A stretch of DNA of 28,726 nucleotides. It comes from Gammaproteobacteria bacterium. Its GTDB lineage: Bacteria > Pseudomonadota > Gammaproteobacteria > GCA-001735895. A program made the position numbers and the translations under genes. Shown one piece after another: positions 8,374 to 17,021 of the stretch. The stretch covers positions 1-28,726 of the forward strand of contig JBNKUM010000038.1 in the NCBI GenBank assembly GCA_050298595.1, written 5' to 3'. The notes under the pieces were generated by a model. That model did no database searches and was not told the origin of the DNA. It was given only the letters and a program-made list of their open reading frames with translations. Within the stretch, counting starts at the first letter, position 1. Each line of letters starts with the position of its first letter.

Positions 8374-8913
8374 AGCGTTTGCTCCTTAAATCAATAATTT
8401 AACTTACTCAGCGCTGTCAGTCGATGCTTTTAATCAAGTATCAAGAGTTCAGACACTGACGGCCCCTCTCAAAACTCATCAGCAAACGGCACAGTTCACC
8501 TGCTCTGATAGCAAGTACAAAGTATCCAGTTATTAATTTTTGTTAAATATACCAAGATCGCAACAAATCACTAATCTACCAATAAAGATGCAGGGATTTA
8601 CTCATCAATCTTCAAAAAATCATTGAAACCGGTAGAACAGGCTGCTCGGCTACTTGTTTCCTGACGGGGTAGCAAGGGTATGAAATTCGCAAAAGGACAG
8701 TTTCAGCCGGAAAAACCAGGGGCTTAAATCGATGACGGCTGGGTAGACTTGTGTTACGAGTGGATCAATAACTCCTGGTTTCTTCCTTGATATGCAGAGG
8801 GGAGGGCGTTTATTCTTTCTTATACTTCAAGGGCGGCCTATGTGTGGAGTTCTGCTTGCCTGTAACTGTGTAATAATGCCGCTTGTGCTGAACTGTGTTT
8901 AAAAAGGTATCCC

Positions 8914-10185
8914 ATGGAAAAGAGTGAAAAGTCGATCCGCCAGACCCTGTTGCTGGAGAAAAGCGGTAAACAGCATCCGCGCTGGCAGATGTGGGGTGGT
9001 GCTGTTGCGACACTGCTGATTTTGTTCTTGCTCTTCAATCTGTTTTTTTCCAATAGCAATGGAGCTGTTACCTACAAAACCGCCGAGGCGAAGCGTGGCG
9101 ATCTGACGCTTAACGTAACTGCCACAGGGACGCTACAACCGGTTAGTCAGGTGGACGTGGGTAGTGAACTCTCCGGTACCATTTCCAGCATTAAAGTCGA
9201 TTTCAATGATACGGTAGAGAAGGATCAGATACTGGCACAGCTTGATACCACCTCGCTTGAAAGCCGTATCTCCGAGGGCAGGGCATCGCTGCAACAGGCA
9301 GATGCCAAGGTGCAGGACGCGCTCGCCACCGAGCAGGAGATGAAGGTCAAGTTAAAGCGCTGCAAAGAGCTGGCAAAGAGCAAGATGTGTTCCGCCAACG
9401 ATGTCGATATTGCGGCGGCGGCCCTCTCCCGCGCTGTTGCCGCTGTGGCCAGCGCCAGGGCCCAGGTCGCACTGGCCAGGGCCACCCTGGAAGGCTATGA
9501 GACCAATCTGCAAAAGGCGACGATCCGTTCGCCGATTAAAGGTATCGTGCTGGATCGCAAGGTAGAGCCGGGACAGACCGTGGCCGCTTCCTTACAGACA
9601 CCGGTGTTGTTCACTCTGGCGGAAGACCTGACCAGGATGGAATTGCTGGTCGCCATTGATGAGGCTGACATCGGTCGTATCCAGGATGGGATGAAAGCAC
9701 AGTTCAGCGTAGATGCCTATCAGGATAAACGCTTCGAAGCCACCATCACACAGATACGTCACGCGCCGCAGACGGTGGACGGCGTTGTGACCTACGAAAC
9801 AGTACTGGCCGTAGATAACCCGGAGCAGCAACTGCTTCCCGGCATGACTGCTACAGCCGATATCCGCACCCGTCATCTGCAGGACGTACTGTTGGTCCCC
9901 AATGCAGTGTTCCGCTATAGCCCGCCGACGGCTGCCAGCAAGGTAGAGAGTAGCGGTGGCAGTATTTTCAGCCGTTTGTTCCGTCGACCACGGATGTCGC
10001 GTAGTAGCGGCAAGAAGGTCGAGGAAAACAGCCATGAGCGCAAGGTCTGGCTGTTGCGTGACGGTAAGCCGGAAGCGCTAACGATCACCATTGGTGCCAG
10101 TGATGGTATCCACACCGAGATCACTGGCGGAGCGCTGGAAGTCGGTATGGCGTTGATCACCGACAGTACGGCAGATAGAAAATGA
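8914..10185 (+). CDS. MacA-like periplasmic adaptor (membrane fusion protein)
   Basis: N-terminal TM, ATGTLQP..VDVGSELSG, coiled hairpin, IRSPIKGIV, GQTVAASLQTPVLF, LLPGMTA. Confidence 0.93.
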   Translation: MEKSEKSIRQTLLLEKSGKQHPRWQMWGGAVATLLILFLLFNLFFSNSNGAVTYKTAEAKRGDLTLNVTATGTLQPVSQVDVGSELSGTISSIKVDFNDTVEKDQILAQLDTTSLESRISEGRASLQQADAKVQDALATEQEMKVKLKRCKELAKSKMCSANDVDIAAAALSRAVAAVASARAQVALARATLEGYETNLQKATIRSPIKGIVLDRKVEPGQTVAASLQTPVLFTLAEDLTRMELLVAIDEADIGRIQDGMKAQFSVDAYQDKRFEATITQIRHAPQTVDGVVTYETVLAVDNPEQQLLPGMTATADIRTRHLQDVLLVPNAVFRYSPPTAASKVESSGGSIFSRLFRRPRMSRSSGKKVEENSHERKVWLLRDGKPEALTITIGASDGIHTEITGGALEVGMALITDSTADRK

Positions 10186-10883
10186 GTGCATCACTGATCG
10201 AGCTTACGGGCGTTACCAAGATCTACGGCAAAGGGCAGGCAGCGATGCGAGCCCTTGATGGCATCGACCTGAGCATTCAACAGGGCGAGTTCGTCGCGGT
10301 CATGGGACCCAGTGGATCGGGCAAATCGACCTGTATGAATATTCTGGGATGTCTCGATACCCCCACCGATGGGCAGTTCCACTTTCAGGGAGTCGAGGTG
10401 GGCGGCTTGAGTAATGATCAACGCGCCCTGCTGCGGCGCAATTATCTCGGTTTTGTCTTTCAGGGATTTAACCTGCTCAACCGTACCTCAGCGCAGGAGA
10501 ATGTGGAGCTGCCTCTGATCTATCGCGGCATGCCGAGCGAGGAGCGTCACCGCCTCAGCAGAGAAGCACTGGATCAGGTCGGCCTCAAGGGCTGGGAAAA
10601 CCACACCCGTGGCGAGCTCTCCGGTGGACAGCAGCAGCGTGTAGCCATCGCCCGCGCCATTGTTACCCGCCCCGCCGTACTGCTGGCCGATGAACCCACC
10701 GGTAACCTCGATACTGAACGTAGCCACGAGATCATGGAGCTGCTTACCAGCTTCAATCGGGAACTCGGCATCACCATTGTGATGGTGACCCACGAGGCGG
10801 AGATTGCAGAGTATGCCGCGCGGGTGATCAGTTTCCGTGATGGCCGCATGTCCGATGATAAACAGCAGGGGAGGATACACTAA
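10182..10883 (+). CDS. ABC ATP-binding protein, MacB/LolD type
   Basis: GPSGSGKST, GFVFQGFNLL, LSGGQQQRVAIARA, LLADEPTGNLD, VTH; ATGA overlap. Confidence 0.96.
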   Translation: MSASLIELTGVTKIYGKGQAAMRALDGIDLSIQQGEFVAVMGPSGSGKSTCMNILGCLDTPTDGQFHFQGVEVGGLSNDQRALLRRNYLGFVFQGFNLLNRTSAQENVELPLIYRGMPSEERHRLSREALDQVGLKGWENHTRGELSGGQQQRVAIARAIVTRPAVLLADEPTGNLDTERSHEIMELLTSFNRELGITIVMVTHEAEIAEYAARVISFRDGRMSDDKQQGRIH

Positions 10884-12088
10884 TGCTGTGGAATGCCCTG
10901 TTACTGGCGCTACGCTCTATTCGGCGCAACGTGCTGCGTTCATTTCTGACAACTCTCGGTATCGTCATCGGGGTCGCCTCGGTGATCATCATGGTCAACC
11001 TCGGTAGTGGCGCGACGCTGCAGGTGAAACAGCAAATCGAAAGCCTCGGCAGCAACCTGCTGTTTCTCGGTGTCGGTCAACGTCTTGGTCACGGCCAGCG
11101 CACCAAAGGGTCACCCTTCGATCTGGCAGATGTGGAGGCTGTGGCGCGTGATGTGCCCGGTATCGCCGAGGTAGCTCCTAGCTCTTCGCAGGCGATGGTG
11201 GTGATATATGGTAACGAAAACTGGAGTACCAGCGTCAACGGTAGCGACAATCGTTATTTTACCGTCGGTAACTGGAGCCTGAAGTCGGGACGTTATTTCA
11301 ATACTAACGAGCTAGGTGGTGGTAAAGGCGTCTGTGTCATCGGCGAAACGGTGCGTGAGAAACTGTTCGGTGCACAGGACCCGATTGGTAGCAAAATCCG
11401 CCTGAAAAAAGTCTCCTGCGAGGTAATTGGTCTGCTGAAGAGCAAAGGTCAGTCGGCGGGTGGTTCAGATCAGGACGATACCATCATCCTGCCCCTGCGT
11501 TTTTTCTGGCGGCGTATTGCCGGTAATCAGGACGTCAATCGCATCCTCATCTCCGCACGCGACGGCGTCTCCACCACCAGGGTGGCAAAAGATATCACCA
11601 GTGTGATGCGTGAACGCCGTCGCATCGCCTCGGGTGAGGATGACGACTTTAGCGTGATGGATCTGCAGGAAATCACCAGCACCCTTACCAACACCACCAG
11701 GGTGCTCACTGCTCTGCTCGGTGCAGTGGCGGGAGTAAGTCTGCTGGTGGGTGGTATTGGTATCATGAATATCATGCTGGTGTCGGTTACTGAGCGTACC
11801 CGAGAGATTGGTATTCGTCTTGCGATCGGTGCGCTTGAAAAGGATGTGCTCACCCAGTTCCTGGTCGAGGCGGTGGTGCTCTCCTCCATCGGCGGGCTGT
11901 TCGGCATTATACTGGCATTGGCTGTCACCTGGTTTATCGCCAACGCTTTAGGGATGCCCTTTGTGGTGGAAGTGGGGATGACCTTCTTCGCCTTCCTCTT
12001 CTCTATGGTGATTGGTGTGGCGTTTGGTTACTTCCCTGCGCGTAAGGCGGCAAGGCTGGATCCGATCGATGCGTTAAGGCATGAATAA
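10883..12088 (+). CDS. MacB/FtsX-family ABC permease
   Basis: RSFLTTLGIVIGVASVI, large periplasmic domain, GGIGIMNIMLVSVTERTREIGIRLAIGA, PARKAARLDPIDALRHE. Confidence 0.96.
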   Translation: MLWNALLLALRSIRRNVLRSFLTTLGIVIGVASVIIMVNLGSGATLQVKQQIESLGSNLLFLGVGQRLGHGQRTKGSPFDLADVEAVARDVPGIAEVAPSSSQAMVVIYGNENWSTSVNGSDNRYFTVGNWSLKSGRYFNTNELGGGKGVCVIGETVREKLFGAQDPIGSKIRLKKVSCEVIGLLKSKGQSAGGSDQDDTIILPLRFFWRRIAGNQDVNRILISARDGVSTTRVAKDITSVMRERRRIASGEDDDFSVMDLQEITSTLTNTTRVLTALLGAVAGVSLLVGGIGIMNIMLVSVTERTREIGIRLAIGALEKDVLTQFLVEAVVLSSIGGLFGIILALAVTWFIANALGMPFVVEVGMTFFAFLFSMVIGVAFGYFPARKAARLDPIDALRHE

Positions 12089-12211
12089 AAAAGATTGAAC
12101 CGCCAAGTAACGCAAAGGAAATACAAGAAAACTGTCGTATGAAATGTTCAACTGCGGATCCCGGGATAATGGCAATAATAGTTTTCAGGTTCTAGTGCAG
12201 TGTCCATTAGT

Positions 12212-12691
12212 TTAATCAATACTTTTTACTAATGTACAGTGTCTATTTCTAAAGCCATTATTATGATAAAAAAACATAGCCTCAGTATTGAAGCTAAACA
12301 CCGTAAGGCTGATTTCTTTTGCACCCATTTCTTTAAACCATTGCTCTGCAGTTCGGAATAAAATATTACCGACGCCCATTCTTTTATATTTTGGCTTAAC
12401 AACAATATCTGTTATATGACCATACTGGTAGCTATACAGAACGGGATGATTCATTTTTTTAACTTCAGCATGAATAAAGCCAATGATCTCATCCTCAATA
12501 CAGGCTACAAAAATTTTTATATTTTTATCGTTTAACAAACTTCCAAAATATGAAAGTGGCCTTTTAATTTCACTTGCGGGTTTAAATAGCTCTGGATGAG
12601 CATCATGATGAGTTTGATCTACATGAGCATAGATCTCTTGCAAATATTCATAATCATCAATAATCGATTCTCTTATTCGCGGCGTATTCAT
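12212..12691 (-). CDS. GNAT acetyltransferase
   Basis: IVVKPKYKRMGVGNILF acetyl-CoA motif; LTVFSFNTEAMFFYHNNGF. Confidence 0.9.
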   Translation of the reverse strand: MNTPRIRESIIDDYEYLQEIYAHVDQTHHDAHPELFKPASEIKRPLSYFGSLLNDKNIKIFVACIEDEIIGFIHAEVKKMNHPVLYSYQYGHITDIVVKPKYKRMGVGNILFRTAEQWFKEMGAKEISLTVFSFNTEAMFFYHNNGFRNRHCTLVKSID

Positions 12692-12748
12692 TCTATTTTT
12701 AAAACATAAAAATATGATTAATGTGACTTACTGTCACGCTATCATTTT

Positions 12749-13618
12749 TTAGATATTTATCCTAATTGATTTCATGACGATGGCTTCTCCGCCTACCATC
12801 AGCTTAGTAATTTTATTATCAACCAAATTCAGTTTAGCAGTGATCAGGCTCGGTGACGCAGGCGTCATCAGGTGGCCCTGCTCAATTAAAAATTCATCCT
12901 GGCCTATTTTCAGCTTGTCATAAAGAAAACAGGCTAAAGGGCCTGCTGCCATACCGGTAGCTGACTCTTCATTGATGCCAAAGCGTGGTGCAAACATTCT
13001 TGCTCCAGCAGCCCTACCTGACTTCCTGGTTGATTGAGAAAAAATGTAGTAACCAATCAAATCATAATCTTCGCTGATTTGATTGATAGCATCAAAATCA
13101 GGAGTGATTTGCAAAACTGCATCTTCATTTTTCATTGAAATAACCACAAATGAGTTGCCGGTATTAACGATAACAGGCCTGATATTTTCGATAAGGTAAT
13201 GATCTGAAATACCTAACGAATTTAAAACAGAGTCTACTTGATTCCCAATATCCTGATAATTTGGAGATAGCTGCTGCATAAATGCCCTATCGCCATCAAT
13301 TAAAATTTCCCTTTTACCATCAATCGTTTCTTTTGAGTAGGCACCTTCCTGTATACGGTTAAGTTTTCTCAGATAACTAAAGGTTGCAATTGTCGCGTGA
13401 CCACAATGTGCTATCTGTCGAGTTGGGGTAAAAAAGTCTAACTTGAATGTGGCAGAATTTGAGCTAGAAACAAATGCTGTCTCAGAAAGGCCTATTTTGG
13501 AGGCAATACTTAACTTCTGCTGATCATTTAAATCATCAGCATCCAACACCACTCCAGCGGGATTTCCACCAATGCCATCATCTGTAAAAGCATTAACAAT
13601 TTGTACTTGAATGTTCAT
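12749..13618 (-). CDS. PhzF/DAP-epimerase-like isomerase
   Basis: VNAFT..GGNPAGVV, LSETAFV, FFTPTRQIAHCGHATIA, RMFAP..GINEESATG. Confidence 0.92.
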   Translation of the reverse strand: MNIQVQIVNAFTDDGIGGNPAGVVLDADDLNDQQKLSIASKIGLSETAFVSSSNSATFKLDFFTPTRQIAHCGHATIATFSYLRKLNRIQEGAYSKETIDGKREILIDGDRAFMQQLSPNYQDIGNQVDSVLNSLGISDHYLIENIRPVIVNTGNSFVVISMKNEDAVLQITPDFDAINQISEDYDLIGYYIFSQSTRKSGRAAGARMFAPRFGINEESATGMAAGPLACFLYDKLKIGQDEFLIEQGHLMTPASPSLITAKLNLVDNKITKLMVGGEAIVMKSIRINI

Positions 13619-13672
13619 AATGTTCTCTAAAACAAGTTCCGATGATCGAAGCAGGCTTTTTTAATGGGCTTG

Positions 13673-14065
13673 CTAAGCAGCTTTCCATTTTTTCGATACG
13701 ATAAGCAGGTAAATCACTACTAAGGTCTGAAAACCCGCCCCAGCAAGGCTAAACATTTGAAAATATATGAGCAACAGATGGCTAAACACCGTTGAACCCA
13801 CATAGCAATAGACCCCAACTTTTTTCATTTTCAATATCAGGGAAAAGCTAATGAGGTCAATAATTGAAGACAGTATTGCAAAGCAATCAAACAAAAACCA
13901 TACATCATCCGTACTAGCTAGAATGCCATAGGTTCGAAAACTTATATTTCCGACTGCTAGTGCAATACCAACGAGGCAAATTACTGAGACCATAACGGGT
14001 CTAGTCGCTATGGTATTCTGATCGGATGTCAAGGCTAGTCTTTCTACTGAAGTTTCATTTTCCAT
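13673..14065 (-). CDS. Hypothetical 4-TM membrane protein
   Basis: RPVMVSVIC start, four hydrophobic segments, KMKKVGV loop. Confidence 0.7.
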   Translation of the reverse strand: MENETSVERLALTSDQNTIATRPVMVSVICLVGIALAVGNISFRTYGILASTDDVWFLFDCFAILSSIIDLISFSLILKMKKVGVYCYVGSTVFSHLLLIYFQMFSLAGAGFQTLVVIYLLIVSKKWKAA

Positions 14066-14149
14066 AGTTAATTCTGTGTTACTGGTGTTTAATGTTCCAG
14101 CTCAGTTGGCTGACTGGTAGCAATTTTTGGTGAAGATGTTTTTAGGCCT

Positions 14150-14287
14150 CTAATCTCCACCACAATCCTTGCCTCCACCAAAATTTTCAAAAAAACCACT
14201 GGAATCTGACGAATGTCCCGAGTCACATCCACATCCTGAACACAATCCTGAATCGATTGGGTATGTCCTGAAAACTTTATATTTCAT
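14150..14287 (-). CDS. 45-aa Gly/Ser/Cys/Asp-rich small ORF or remnant (not in ORF track)
   Basis: MKYKVFRTYPIDSGLCSGCGCDSGHSSDSSGFFENFGGGKDCGGD*; same strand as its neighbours, but the AGGA directly abuts the ATG. Confidence 0.35.
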   Translation of the reverse strand: MKYKVFRTYPIDSGLCSGCGCDSGHSSDSSGFFENFGGGKDCGGD

Positions 14288-14311
14288 TCCTGATCATGCT
14301 ATTAACTAGTT

Positions 14312-14830
14312 TTATTCCGGTCCCAGTTTATTTAATGCCTTGTCATACATGCCAGCTAATAATAAATCTCCGCTAGCGTTTACACGAAACTGTCCAAACC
14401 TTGCCTTTTCATAATATTCTGCATGTCCTTCCTGAAAGAAAAAGGCGTTAGTCGCAAATTTTACTGCTCCATTACGAACACGGTAACGCATCAGCATTTC
14501 ATCTTCAGATAAGACCTGATCTTGATAAATGCTTTTAAAGGTAGCAATGTGTTTATCATTCAGAGTAACTATTACATAGCCGTCGGACGTATCAGCGTTA
14601 TGCCGCCTTGAGTTATATTCCTGTGTTTTTGGAAGCGCGTCATTGACATCATTAGCCATTGCAAAACGCAGCGCCATATAATCACCCTGCATTAAAGAGC
14701 GCGGATCAACAGGTGCGAGATTTAGGTATACGACCTTGCCTTCTGCCAGATGTTTTTCCTTTGCGAATATCAACCAGTTCACTACAGCCAGTACCAGCAC
14801 CAGCGCTAGCAGAGCAATTATCTTACGCAT
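14312..14830 (-). CDS. GDYXXLXY domain protein
   Basis: N-terminal TM; LAPVDPRSLMQGDYMALRF; AFFFQEG. Confidence 0.93.
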   Translation of the reverse strand: MRKIIALLALVLVLAVVNWLIFAKEKHLAEGKVVYLNLAPVDPRSLMQGDYMALRFAMANDVNDALPKTQEYNSRRHNADTSDGYVIVTLNDKHIATFKSIYQDQVLSEDEMLMRYRVRNGAVKFATNAFFFQEGHAEYYEKARFGQFRVNASGDLLLAGMYDKALNKLGPE

Positions 14831-15896
14831 GCTCCGCCTCCTTTTTCCTGATTAAAATATTCAACATGAGCCAGCGCATGATGAGTAGTGTTATACCAAT
14901 CACAAACAAGGACTGTGATTTTTCTAGCAGGGTGACATTGAGAAAGTAATAGTAGGATGAGATAAAAAATAATAACGACACTATACCCATACCGATGAGT
15001 ATTCGGTTTGACCCCAGAAAACCTAGTAACAGAATCGCTATACCCACATTTAGTCCCAGCATTTCAAAGGAGGCGGCACATAATAGCAGGGTTGCCAGTA
15101 ATGCTGTTGCGGGAATTTTTTCAAGCATATCTGCATAGTATCTTTGCAGGATATTCCACACCAGATAAAGCATTACCACAGCGATCAGGACATTTCCGAG
15201 CCAGGGCGGAAGTAATAACTCTCCAGAGCGATACAAACTGAAAAAGTTATTGAATATAAATCCATACATAAGGCCTCCTTTGTACAATAGTAATGCCAGT
15301 ATCAGGCCATAACCAATTGCTCTGAAAGCACTCATTAATCTTACCCATCGAAATTCATTAACCCAGCACACAACTATCATCAGCAACACAGTCCCTGTAA
15401 TAAATTGAGGTAATCCCATCCTGGCCATAAATATTGAAAAAGAACAGGTTGCTGCAAAAGAGGTTAATACTCGATGGATAAAATTTGGGATCAGTAGGGT
15501 TAGTAGAATTTGTAACACAGCCACAAACATCCAGAACAATGCACTGTCATCATCAACCAATCCATAGATAGAAAAGATCAGCAGCGCCTGTCCCGCTAAA
15601 CTGGCTGTCAGAGCCAGATGTTCTACAAATTCATTTTTTGCGGAACGCAATGCAGCAAAAGAAATGCCGATGACGACAGTTCCAACGAATAAACCTGCTG
15701 AACTATTGTCAAAAACGTCACTTAAAACCAGGCCCAGAAAAACTAGCAAAAACAAGGAGGCTATCCAGCCTGAAAATGCCAGTAATACTTTTACATACCA
15801 GGGTGATTGTAGTTTTTCTATTGCTAATGGGAGGGCTCCCTGTACCAGATTGGACTCAAGCAATAACGCCCATAACTGTTGTGTTTGCAGCTTCAT
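14823..15896 (-). CDS. DUF4401 membrane protein
   Basis: SPWYVKVLLAFSGWIASLF, many TMs, SSYYYFLNVTLLEKS; overlaps the GDYXXLXY gene. Confidence 0.85.
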   Translation of the reverse strand: MKLQTQQLWALLLESNLVQGALPLAIEKLQSPWYVKVLLAFSGWIASLFLLVFLGLVLSDVFDNSSAGLFVGTVVIGISFAALRSAKNEFVEHLALTASLAGQALLIFSIYGLVDDDSALFWMFVAVLQILLTLLIPNFIHRVLTSFAATCSFSIFMARMGLPQFITGTVLLMIVVCWVNEFRWVRLMSAFRAIGYGLILALLLYKGGLMYGFIFNNFFSLYRSGELLLPPWLGNVLIAVVMLYLVWNILQRYYADMLEKIPATALLATLLLCAASFEMLGLNVGIAILLLGFLGSNRILIGMGIVSLLFFISSYYYFLNVTLLEKSQSLFVIGITLLIMRWLMLNILIRKKEAEHA

Positions 15897-16858
15897 GAAT
15901 GGAGCTCCTGATGCACGCTTTTCAGCCAGAATGCTGCACCAGCGCCCATACCTATGACTATTAGTGCTAACACAAAGAGTCCACCCAGATCAAAGTCATT
16001 TAGTAGTACCATGCCCATTGAGGGAATTGCTATCGTAATAGCTGACAGGCAAAGACCTGCGAGCATAAATAAATCGGGAAGTAGTTTTCGATAAACCAGA
16101 TACATGAATAGCATCCATCCCAGCCACATGCTAAACGGCATCTGCATGGGTTTCTCCTGAATAATGGCATTCAAAACCAGCCAGCTCAGAGAGCTTCCAC
16201 TACTTACAGCAATCAGGCGAATCGCCCAGCGTTCACTCAACCAGTCCCAACGCCTGGCTGATAATTCCCAGATCACCAGAACCAGAGTATTAAAGCCGAA
16301 CATCAGCCATAACAAATCAAGATCATTGCGTATAAACCAGAACGAACGCCCGAAGGTATTGAAATATAAAGCTATTGACGTGTTCATCAGCACTACCCAG
16401 ACTATCCAGATAGCGGCAAAGCGACTGATGATTGCCCAGGGAAGCATCAGCAGACCCCAGTAGAAGAAGAGCTGCCAGGGGTCAGCACCAGTCTGGTAAA
16501 CCTGCCCATACAATGCCAGCAATACACCCAACAATATTGTCGCGATTAGCAACAACACCTTGCCGCCGATTTTTTCTTCCCCCAGCAAACAATAAGCGCC
16601 AACAGCGAGAGCAATCAAGGCCTCTACCATGCCAAACTTTGCAAAATAACCCAATGCCGTCCAGTTAAATGCAATAAAAAACATAACCGCAAAAGCCAGT
16701 GTCAGTCCACCCAACCAGAGTAATAGCCGATCAAGAAAAAGTTGCCAGCTACTGACATCAGGTGTGACTTTAGTTGCAATTAGAGCGGTTGCGATTTTGT
16801 CCTGCGGGATATTCCCGTGCTCTATAAATTGAATGATTTGATTGCGTGTTGATATCAT
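15893..16858 (-). CDS. DUF2157 membrane protein
   Basis: FFIAFNW..LGYFAKF, LALYGQVYQTGADPWQLF..W; ATG 16858 preferred to the track start 16924. Confidence 0.88.
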   Translation of the reverse strand: MISTRNQIIQFIEHGNIPQDKIATALIATKVTPDVSSWQLFLDRLLLWLGGLTLAFAVMFFIAFNWTALGYFAKFGMVEALIALAVGAYCLLGEEKIGGKVLLLIATILLGVLLALYGQVYQTGADPWQLFFYWGLLMLPWAIISRFAAIWIVWVVLMNTSIALYFNTFGRSFWFIRNDLDLLWLMFGFNTLVLVIWELSARRWDWLSERWAIRLIAVSSGSSLSWLVLNAIIQEKPMQMPFSMWLGWMLFMYLVYRKLLPDLFMLAGLCLSAITIAIPSMGMVLLNDFDLGGLFVLALIVIGMGAGAAFWLKSVHQELHS

Positions 16859-17021
16859 AGTACGGTAGTTAACTCCTTCGTAATTATACTTTCCAATCTG
16901 GCCAGCGTTCGACGATGGCATCAAACTAACGAAGCTGCGCTATTGTATCTTAAGGCTGACTGGCTATACCATCTGCGAGCGTAATAGATTCTTTATTGTG
17001 TTGTGGCTACATTAATGCAGC

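Noticed and set aside
8400-8900. sRNA or gene in the long intergenic region
   Set aside because: Only a short GCTGTCAGT/ACTGACGGC inverted repeat and unconvincing ORFs.
12722-12738. Second CRP site
   Set aside because: TGTGA-N7-TCACG has the wrong spacing; better read as a small GTGAC/GTCAC hairpin.
12212-14290. Integron cassette array
   Set aside because: Short AT-rich co-oriented genes, but no RYYYAAC...GTTRRRY attC structures or integrase were seen.
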